DNA of 53,709 nt, the filler included, from Sluysia triapertura (taxonomy: Eukaryota): the NCBI GenBank assembly GCA_046118255.1. It is 4 parts of 4 records of this genome, joined end to end, with 100 filler letters (N's around TTAATTAATTAA, not from the genome) between each part and the next. Parts side by side here need not be neighbours in the genome. Positions count along the whole stretch, not along the records: positions 13,585 to 25,809 come from JBJNIA010127963.1; positions 25,910 to 37,973 come from JBJNIA010142611.1; 2 more parts are not named here. One strand, given 5' to 3'. Each line of letters opens with the position of its first letter. Positions within the stretch are counted from its first letter, which is position 1. A program made the position numbers and the translations under genes. This document shows positions 25,674 through 35,095 of the stretch, one piece after another. The notes beneath the pieces were generated by a model. It ran no database searches. It was not told the DNA's origin and saw nothing but the letters and a program-made list of their open reading frames with translations.

Positions 25674-25738
25674 CTTGATGAATCCTTCGCAGACAGTCCC
25701 AATGCCAAGATTAAATTTAGCACCTTTTCCAAATGAAT
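25674..25738 (-). CDS. CDC42BP: Preceding exon of the MRCK-like gene (GIGTVCEGFIK)
   Basis: AG/GT-bounded 65-nt exon matching the GIGTAYEGYVK motif just before the MRCK PH domain. It splices in frame to 25350. Confidence 0.75.
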
Positions 25739-25739
25739 C

Positions 25740-25740
<1 letters not shown>

Positions 25741-25809
<69 letters not shown>
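25741..25809. repeat. (AAT)n microsatellite at a contig end
   Basis: Perfect AAT repeats running into Ns. Confidence 0.95.
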
Positions 25810-25909
25810 NNNNNNNNNNNNNNNNNNNNNNNNNNNNNNNNNNNNNNNNNNNNTTAATTAATTAANNNNNNNNNNNNNNNNNNNNNNNNNNNNNNNNNNN
25901 NNNNNNNNN
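25810..25909. other. Artificial contig linker
   Basis: TTAATTAATTAA at 25854-25865 inside Ns. Confidence 0.95.
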
Positions 25910-26539
25910 AATTTACTCTTCATTATATTTGATTTTGATTTTTACTCCTGTTATATATTTGAGTTAATATAGTATTGCGTTTTTTTATTATTTAAAAATA
26001 AATAATACATAATAATAAATTTCGTCATTATTTATAAGAAAATTTGTGATAGATTTATGTTTGTTAATTGAATTTACAAGGATTTTAATATATCAGTTAG
26101 AATTTTCATTTACTCTGCTAATATATTGAAATTTAGAGGATAATCAACAATTATTAACCATTTCACGATTGCTGAATTAATTTAGAATTAATTTAACTAT
26201 TAAATTTTTGGTAGTAATTTGGATTTAAAACGCAGCAATATTTTTGTGTGTGTAATTTATAGTTTACTATTTCTCCTAATTTAGTTCCAAAGTAAACCAT
26301 TTGCTTTCATCTGCATAATTTTTATGTATATTTCATTTGTATAATTATTATCTTTATTGGTCTATTTCAGTCACGAATTCTGCAAATTGAATCTGCTACT
26401 CCTATATTTAATTTTTCTTGATTATTTTTTGAAGCGATAAACATTACTGGGCCATTTCTTAAACTGTTTGTTTTCCTGGTGTTCTTCCTATATAACATCA
26501 TCATCCTCCATTGGTCGATCGGTATGACTATCCATTAAT

Positions 26540-26880
26540 TAGACTTTGCTGAAATCTAATGAAACCCCTTTTAATTGTGATAATGCATCAATTCATAGTA
26601 TCATATCTTCTGGAAATTTTCTCATAACTCTACATTTTATTTCGATTTTATTTTTTCCTATTTCACATAATATTTTTAACACTTCTAATATTTCGATTTC
26701 ATCTCCTGTTACTCCTGTTAAATATGATTGTTATTTAGTTAAATTATTAAGTTATTTTACAGTTAACATCGATTAGCTTATTAAGGAGGCTACTGCTCCT
26801 GCATCTACCAATGCTGATAATATTCTTCCATTTCCACTCATATCTACCATTGTTCTTATTGCACAATTGTATTATTATTT
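26540..26880 (-). pseudogene. Decayed retropepsin-like aspartic protease directly downstream of the env gene
   Basis: RILSALVDAGAVASLI (DAG at 26797-26805), then LTGVTGDEIEIL and FPEDMIL.IDAL. Confidence 0.75.
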
Positions 26881-26882
26881 TC

Positions 26883-28439
26883 TCATATCATATAAACTAA
26901 GTTTCTTGGAGGAGGTTGATATAGGTTTCGTTTTTCTTTTATTTCTTTATCAACTCTTTCTATATTAATTATTTGTAGTACAATTTCTTCTCTTTGTTTT
27001 CGTTCAATTTTCATAACATTTAATTGAGCATGAGCATGATGATGTAATTGGATGTTTAGAATGGGAAACATCCAATTATTAATTTCCAGGTTGATCCAGA
27101 TGTTTTAAAATACCTACTACCGAAAATATTTGAGATATAATACAAGCATATACCTGCTAGACTCCATAAAATGGATTGCCAGGGCATCGAACCTGGCACC
27201 TCTTGCTGAGCAGTTCGATACTCTACCACTGAGCTATCAGCTCCGTCTAACAATTTTATTTTATTATATTCAATTTTACCAAATGGCACTTTAGGCTTTT
27301 TACCCCAACATACCTATGAATCCTGAAAATGCTTGTCTTATCACTAAGAAATATCCCCTTATTTGTTTAAAGTATTACGTGCTATTAAGTGGTCTGGTCC
27401 TAAAAGTAGTTCAAAATTTACTTTACTGTCTTTTCTACAATTGCCTTAATGGGAGATAATATTTCACACCAAGCTGCTTGAATTTCTTCGTTTTAATACA
27501 TTCCTGACCAAGAGATATTTTTTATAGCTGAAAATTTTAATTTTGATTTTGATTCTCTCAAATCTATAATTTCTGGAGTTTTAACTTGGCGGTGAAGTAA
27601 AGATATTCATAAGTTATCATTAATTTTATATTATGGTGCCATCATATTAGAACAGTGTAGTATTTTTGGTTTTAATTAATTTGTTGGTATTATTATTCTT
27701 GTAACAGGTTCTAAGTGAGTTGGTTGATTTTTATAAGTAATTGGTAGTTCATTTGTACATCGTTTTCTTCTCTAATTTGTACTTTTACTTTTTTTACATT
27801 TATGTGTGTAAACTTCACCCATTAACCTACAAAATACGCCTTCTTTTAAAAGAAGTAATGGTGCTACTAAATTTGGATTAGTTATTGCTACAGCCAATTT
27901 AGTTTTTAATATTTCTTTTTTTAATTGGAAATCTCTAGCTATCATAGCTTGATAAACTTTTTCTAACGACATAAGTCCTAAATGGTAATAGAAATCAAGT
28001 TTATTATTAAAATGTGTATTTAATTTTAAATTTTTTGTGTCTATATATCTCTTTGCTTGCATTATTAATTTTTCAGATAAATAAATTCCCTGATAATTTG
28101 GTTCTGTGATTTCTTGTCCGTATCTGATTACTAGCTTTTTTGATGCAAATATTAGTCCATCTTCATCTTTATTTGCCATTAATAGTGTAGGAATTTCTAC
28201 CTCACTAAGTCTTTTTCTTTGTGGTGCATCTAAGTTATCCTTGTAAATTTGTTTTTTATTTATTTCATCTACCACCAAATCTTCATCATATTGATACATA
28301 AATCCGGAGATTAAATTAAATTAGATTTGTTTTAAAAATATTAAAGGGCATTGAAATTTTTCTAATTCATATATTAATGTTGATTCTTCAGTATCATAAC
28401 TTGTTTGATCACTTTTACAGAATGGACGTGACATCATAG
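26883..28439 (-). pseudogene. env: Chuvirus-G / herpesvirus-gB-like (class III fusion) envelope glycoprotein, decayed
   Basis: NNKLDFYY...LKKEILKTKLAVAITNPN...EGVFCRLMGEVYTHKCKKVKVQ...CTNELPITYKNQPTHLEPVTRII...CSNMMAP.YKINDN...SGMY, followed by the TM region FSGFIGICLYY. This is the motif order of chuvirus-type glycoproteins. Confidence 0.75.
27155..27310 (-). mobile_element. ~156-bp TG...CA element with a tRNA-like core, 4-bp TSD TACC, inserted in env
   Basis: tacc|TGCTAGAC...CCCCAACA|tacc. Removing it restores the env frame (SGFIGICLYY). Confidence 0.8.
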
Positions 28440-28456
28440 TGTTAGACTTCATAAAA

Positions 28457-28529
28457 TGGACTGACCGGGGATCGAACCCGGGACCTCTAGCTGCGCAATT
28501 CGATTGCTCTACCACTGAGCTATCAGCCC
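28457..28529 (-). tRNA. tRNA-Ala(TGC)-like pseudo-tRNA inside a repeat flanked by TGTTAGAC/GTCTAACA
   Basis: GGGCTGA-TAGCTCAGTGGTAGAGC...GGTTCGATCCC-TCAGTCC-A then TTTT. A and B boxes are intact, the acceptor stem has G3:U70, and the anticodon stem is unpaired. Confidence 0.7.
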
Positions 28530-28851
28530 CGTCTAACAAATTTATTGAGTTGGTCGAGTGGTAAGGTATTGTAAGTTTTGCATAATAAAATCAGTAATTA
28601 ACAAAAGATTTATAACAAGAAATGATGGTAAAAAATATATTAATCAAATTAATCGAAATTAGTTTACAAAATTTGGATTTAAGGTCCGTAACTAAAATTA
28701 CCAATTCAAAATAAAACATTGGCTTAAGGCCGCGAATAATTTTTTTAACCAAAAAGTAAACAAAAACATAAACAATCGTTTTATCTATTTCACAAACATA
28801 AATTAGTATTTTATGAATATAACAATGTATAAAAAGTACACGATCAGTGGT

Positions 28852-29404
28852 TTATGCAGAATAAAAATTTAAATTGATAAAAAACTTGCTTGCCAGAGAT
28901 TGAATAGCAACAAAAAGCTGTTCATGTTGGAGATTAAAATACACTTGCAGAACTCCACAGCTGAAAATTTCTGTCATAAATGCCTTATGAGTATTGAGAT
29001 ACAGTATCTCAAACATGATAATATTTCTAGTTAGGTAATCGAAATGAGCAGACAAAACGGCTTCTACATCAGCTTCCATTTTAAATAAACGTTCAGTTTG
29101 ATTTTGAGATAAACCAACAACCATTTCTTTACAGGATTTATTTAACATTATCAGCTAGTATCCCGTGTAAGATCAATTCTTGATTTAGCACGAGAACATT
29201 TAATTTTGGTTCTAATAATTTCTTTAAATCACCAATGGTTAGATTTGCTGGCACATTATGGATAGACTTTCCTTCGACTTCATTGATAACTTGTTCACAA
29301 AACGCAATTGCTGCTTGATCAATAAAAGTAGGATTTAAAGGATTTGTAACCTCATTGAAGAGAGTTTCTAACAATTCATCGCCTTTGCTACTTGTATTAA
29401 TCAT
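28852..29404 (-). pseudogene. Chimeric fragment: GGA-type VHS N-terminus followed by a ubiquitin-like segment
   Basis: LETLFNEVTNPLNPTFIDQAAIAFCEQVINEVEG resembles GGA VHS (LE...ATNPLN...I..FCEQ....EG). NVPANLTIGDLKKLLEPKLNV...QELILHG resembles a Ubl core. Frameshift near 29140. Confidence 0.55.
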
Positions 29405-29909
29405 TTTAGTCTTGTTTATGAGAGTTAAACACTAAAATTTTTTGGCATACTAATAATACATTTTTGGAAATAACTTGAAATTTTTTAAACAATAAAAATA
29501 ATTAAAATAATTATAATAATAAAAAATAATTAAAGTAATAATAATTATAAAAGTAATAAAAATAATAAAAATTATAAAAATTATAAAAATAATAATAATA
29601 ATAATAAAAATTGTAAAATAATAAAATAAAAAAGATAATAAGGTAACATTGAGAGTGATGATGATGATGATGTAGATGGTAATCAGAGGGGAAGGAACTG
29701 TGATGTTGGTAGAAATGATTTTAGTGTGAGGTTTGGAGTAACAGTGAAGTAACAGTTAAGTGAATGGGTTGAATATGGGATTTTATAAATTTTGAAGGTA
29801 ACGAAAGTATTAAGATAGCCCCCTTATAAGAAGCGGAGCGGACAGGGAAGAGAAGGAACAAATTCGGTTGATCGCTGTCTTCTCTTTGATTAATGTACTA
29901 CATTTTTAA

Positions 29910-31270
29910 TGTTGTGGTCAAACTCAACACTTACTAAAATTTCATTAAAAACCAAAATTTATTTTTTCCCTTTTCTAATTATTCCATCAATCACACATCC
30001 ATCTATTTCATATTTTTTAAATCAAATATATGCCCTCAATCCAAATCACGAATACACCTAACATTACTAAATTACATTAACTAACTCACCAGAAACAATA
30101 CTAGACATTTACAATAATTTAACAACAAACACATCTGAAACAATCCAACTAATACTTTCGAACCTTCATTTTACACTGCCCTGTAACAATTAATACCAAT
30201 ATTTAATAATATTTACTCAATAGTTTATTGGTTTAAATCAAATCACAATCGCAACATACAACATATAAACCATAAGTACAATTAATACTATTTCACAACA
30301 TCAATAAATTTACTCGAAACATATAAAGTAGCTACTTCACACCTTCGAATCAAGTAAATCATTTCAAATTCACTATTCATCAATGCATAATCATCATTAA
30401 CACAGAACATCAACACCAAAACACCAAACAAAATAATCACACAAAACATAGCATAATAACATCCTCAATATACAAAAAGTTATATTGTAATTCCCCTTTT
30501 AAATTCATTAAATTACAACCTTCTCAATAAGTCTTTTAACCATTATGTTTCAATACATAAATCTTGTTTTCAAACATAAACATCAATCAACATCGAAGAA
30601 CTTATTCTAACATTCTAATTCACTTCAAGACTCAAATCATATTATATCTTCAAAAGGTTAAATATATTTATGAATTCTTTAAAACAATTCTTTAAAACAA
30701 TTCTTTAAAACAATATATTTTAATCTACTTCAACAGGATAAAACTTTTCAAAAATTCAAAGTAAATCTAACACAGCTTTACAAAATTCAATGTTATAAAA
30801 CGAAGCAGCAACGATAACTCGAGCATAGTATATCCTGTCATCGTTGCTCTTTCATACAATATCAGCAATTTTTATTTCATTTTATTTACAGATGTCAGAA
30901 TAAGAAAAGAATTAAGAAGGAAAAGTCTTGTAAATTTTTAAAGAAATTCATGCGAATTTTATTATTCTTGTTAATAATAATAACAACATTATTATTGTTG
31001 TTATTATTATTATCACATATCCAAAAATAATTTCATTAAAGTTTTTATAAATGTCAAAATCTTGTCGCTACCATCACCAGTGTTGATACTATGTATCACA
31101 TTTCTCATTAATGTGTCAACACTGATGATGGCCAATCATCAGTACTAATAATTTTTGCATGCCACCCAATCAGAGCTGATATTGTTCAGTGTTTTGTCTT
31201 GAGGCTCTGATTGAATGACCAACTAAAATCGAAATTGCCGGATCTAAAAATAAAATGATAATTAAAAAAT
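29910..31270 (+). repeat. Leader/LTR-like repeat, copy 2
   Basis: Begins near TGTGG at 29913. 30338-31250 is homologous to the reverse complement of 20850-21745. Confidence 0.8.
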
Positions 31271-31394
31271 AAAACGAATTAAATAAAGTAAAAAAAAGAA
31301 AGACTTTTGATATTGAATTTTCTAAAATTAAATATTCAAATCATTCCTATAATTTCGTAGTTCAATATACTTCCAAAAAATTAATACAAAAAAA

Positions 31395-32636
31395 ATGAAT
31401 TTTTATGAATCACAACTCATTCTAAACTTAGTTACCAAAAAATGATCTTGTGGATTCTATTACTCTTGATAAATCTGTTCCAAGATTATTTAATATCCGA
31501 AATAACGAAGAATTAGCGTTACAAACAGATTCGACTCTGAGGTATTGCTTGTTTTGTCGTGAATCAACAAATATTGAAACGTTATCAACAAATAGTACAA
31601 GTAGCGTCGTTATTAGTGGCAATTCTGATTATCATCAGCACAATCACATAAGTACATCTTGGATACAATACCCTGTTTCAAATAAAACAGTGGTACGGTT
31701 AAACGAGCACCCAGAATTTACACGAAATTACTTTGTACAAAATGCAAGTTGCAGCCGGGTTCAAAGTTCGAAGTCGTATCATAATGAAATATCAAATTCA
31801 AATTCTAGAATGGTATTACCATTAGATACACAACTTAAGCAAGGTGGAAGTTCAATTTTTAGCATTTTTATGACTAGTACTATTGGTAGATTATGTTCAG
31901 AAAGACAATCATCTGAACAAATACACCAGTTTGTAAAACAAGTAGTCAAGAAATCAATGTGCTTGAGTTTAAGCCGATGATTTCGACGAATAGTGATAGT
32001 TTCGTTACAATTTTGTTACCACAGGCTTCGGATTCGAATAGCCAATCATCATCAACAAGATATACTAAAAGATACCAAAATAATATAAAAATAATTTAAA
32101 ATAATATAAAAAAAAGATACCAAAGATATAAAAATAATTTAGATGTAAACGAAATTTTGCAAGATTTATTGAAAGATTTATGTGATTATTTGAATGTCAC
32201 AACATTTAGTTTAAAAATTCTTCAAAACGTGAGTCTACTACTAAAAACAGATAGCTGTTCATTAATTTTGATAGGAGAAGATCTGATAACTCGTCAACCG
32301 ATCCCTGTTAGTAAATTGTTTGATTTAACCATAGATAATGTTTCGAACAAAGTTATAAATCATTGTCATGATAATACTGTTCCAATTCGATTTAGTGAGC
32401 GTATAATGGGTCACGTGGCTCAAACAGTGAAATATAAAAGTGTTGAAGATGTATATAGAGTTAAACGATTAAATGTAGAAATAAATAAACAGACTTGTAG
32501 TGTTGCAAAATGTGTTTTGTACATGATTCTAAAAGATAATACTGTTATCGTAAGAAAAATAACACAAACAGTTAATAAAGTCAATCAATACCAGTATTCA
32601 GTTAGTCAAAGTTTTCCAAAGTTGTCTAAGCTTTAG
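31395..32636 (+). pseudogene. Intronless decayed N-terminal/GAF-A region of a PDE5/PDE11-type phosphodiesterase
   Basis: LNEHPEFTRNYFVQNA, then LLKDLCDYLNVTTFSLKILQNVSLLLKTDSCSL...VSKLFD...IMGHVAQT...EDVY...NVEINKQT. No catalytic domain. Confidence 0.8.
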
Positions 32637-32999
32637 TGTAGTGAGTATAAAAAGGCACAAGTTCATTGTCAATTCCAGTTACATACTTGTCGAAATCAAT
32701 ACAGAACAATAAACAAACAAAACGAAACTACCGATTTAGTCACAGTTGAAGATGGAGAAGAAGATGAAGATATTTACTTTAAGAAGGTATCCTTAGTAAA
32801 ATTTTATTTTTTATTTTTAATTCGTTGACATTATTTAATTTAGATAATCTCCAGAAAAGGTATCATTTCATGTGGCAAGACGCGACAACAAACTCGACAC
32901 GTTCGAAAGTTATAATCAATGAAGGATTAAAATTAAAATGTTTAATACTTAATCTAAATTTTAATTCAATAAAATATTTCTTTTACATGATTTATAATT

Positions 33000-34234
33000 A
33001 TCCGTTTAACTGTGTATGCAAAATTATAAATAGATGTGCAGTCGGTGTTAAAGGAACAAGATGTAAAGAAGAAGAAGGCAAAGGAGAAAAAGAAAAAGGA
33101 GAAGGAGGAGAAAGAAGAGGAGGATGTGAAGGAAGAATGATTTTTGAATCGTCTATTGGTGGTAAAAATGATTTTTGAATCGTCTATTGGTGGTAAAAAT
33201 GATTTATCCTTACTTTGTATTAAATCAAAAAGTGAAATCATATCTTTAGCGTGTTGTAGACATGAGACACGCGGTGGGAAGGGATATAGCAACTTCTAAA
33301 CATTCAGCGCCCTTAAAATTGGATTAAAAGACTCGTGTGATATTAAGTTTGTACATGTGAGATTAATAATTCCTCTTAACCAGCTATATTGGATTTTAAA
33401 CGTATTGATGACTATATCGAGAAAGAATGCCACCAATATTTTGACATACAATGAAGTGAGCCAATATTGGCGAATATTGGCTGTGTCCTTCGCATTAATT
33501 AAGTTATCCTCCCTTAACCCATGTTCTGCCGCTAGAAAATTTCTAATCCTTATGCTAGGTCTTAGTAATTCATCTGAATGGAAGAGTTTGTAATAAGGCA
33601 TCAAACAAACTCTTATTGGTTGGTAGTCTTCCTTAAAATCTAACGCGAGTTGTACGGCTATGAAAACCAACTTGTTTTTGTCAAGTATAGATATATGTGG
33701 GGTATGAGTATAAGTTAACCTTTCCTTCCACTTATAAAAGTTGTCCTTATCTTCCGCATATAATAAAGGATATTTGGTTAAGTCTAAAGGTTTATCAATA
33801 TTTAGGAAAAGAATAGCAAAAGTTGTGGGGAATTCCTCTGCTTCAACCTGCAAGTCTTTTATTATTAAAGACGAATAACCTTGTATTCGCGAATATAGGG
33901 GAACTTTATTGACAAATAAAGATATCTTAAGTGAACCCCTAGCTGCGGCTATTATTACCTGGCTGTCATTTTTGGGATATCCCTGCAGGGTATTTACAAT
34001 CAAAGGGGTTTGAATTTGTTTAAGGCGGAATAGATGGGTAATAAAATTTTGATCTAACTCATTTTTCAAGATGTTAGGAGTTAGATTTGATATTAAGAAT
34101 GTGAAAGGGGTATCATTTTTACCACAAAAGCGATCGACGCCATTATAGAATGACGGTATATTATTTGTTATGTGTGCATGTGGGAGTTTTGTAGTAGTAG
34201 TCGATTTTGTTGACAAAGAAGCTTTTACAGACAT
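33000..34234 (-). CDS. Uncharacterised accessory ORF of element B (312 aa open, probably originally longer)
   Basis: ORF 33296-34234 has an acceptor-like ttccttcgtttag immediately before the ATG. The reading continues after a single stop, and a 31-bp tandem duplication at 33136-33197 shifts the tail. Confidence 0.55.
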
Positions 34235-34394
34235 CTAAACGAAGGAACAAGTTTGGTGAAGAGAAGTAATTACAAAGTTAGATATATTATATATTAAATC
34301 GTTAGTTTGTTTTTTATATACTATAATTATCAATTTACCTATAATTTTAGGAAGTAAAAAATAATAAAAAGGAAATAAAAATGAAAATGAAATA

Positions 34395-34634
34395 TTAAGT
34401 ACTTTTCTTCTTGAGAAATGGATTATGTTTAATTTTCAGATTACTCTTATATGAACCTATCTTTTTGTAAAATCGTCTTAATTGTCTCCTGCGACGGTTG
34501 TGTTTTTGCGAACGCGTCAGTCCAGGAGGAAAATTTGGTTTAGGTACACTTATTTTATTATTATTAAACTGTTTATAGTAGGTGGGCTGAATGATTTCTA
34601 TTTCCTGTATTTGAATACTATTAATATTTTCCAT
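34395..34634 (-). CDS. Small Arg/Lys-rich ORF (element B)
   Basis: PPGLTRSQKHNRRRRQLRRFYKK, directly after the RING ORF. Confidence 0.45.
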   Translation of the reverse strand: MENINSIQIQEIEIIQPTYYKQFNNNKISVPKPNFPPGLTRSQKHNRRRRQLRRFYKKIGSYKSNLKIKHNPFLKKKST

Positions 34635-34646
34635 ATTAATATTTAG

Positions 34647-34848
34647 TTAAATTTCTTCAAGTGCATATGAATGACGAAATTTTCCCTTATAGAATACTTG
34701 TATTTCTTCTACTATTGTTATACATAATGGACAATTCATATGCTTTGCTTATGATGCATTTAAAATGGAGTTTATGTATGCATGGAAATGTTTTTACGTA
34801 ATGTTTGTTGATTGCCTTTTGACAAATTGGACATTTGATATAGTACAT
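34647..34848 (-). pseudogene. RING-H2 finger ORF of element B (one frameshift)
   Basis: MYYIKCPICQKAINKHYVKTFPCIHKLHFKCII, then NCPLCITIVEEI in the shifted frame, preceded by ttcttattttag. Confidence 0.75.
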
Positions 34849-35095
34849 TATCTAAAATAAGAATGAAAACTAAAATAGAAGAAAATAAAGATATACTTAG
34901 TAAATAAAAGTTTATAACTAATTAAATAAAATTATTATGACATTAATTAAATAAAGTTTATGTTCCTATTTAATGTACAAAACTAAATAAAACTACGAAA
35001 AGATAATGAATAATAATTATAAGTTAGGTGACCGGTCAGACAGAAGGTAACCGTCAATATCGATCACTCGTAACTTATTTATTTTTTATTCATCT

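Noticed and set aside
28457-28529. Functional tRNA-Ala gene
   Set aside because: The anticodon stem cannot pair, and the sequence is embedded in a dispersed repeat.
27155-28538. env fragment mobilised as a unit between two tRNA-LTRs
   Set aside because: The left copy has its own TSD and env continues beyond it, so it is an independent insertion.
32825-33178. Glu/Gly/Lys-rich ORF, or a polypurine tract
   Set aside because: It is the antisense of the Ser/Pro-rich tail of the minus-strand ORF, plus a 31-bp tandem duplication.
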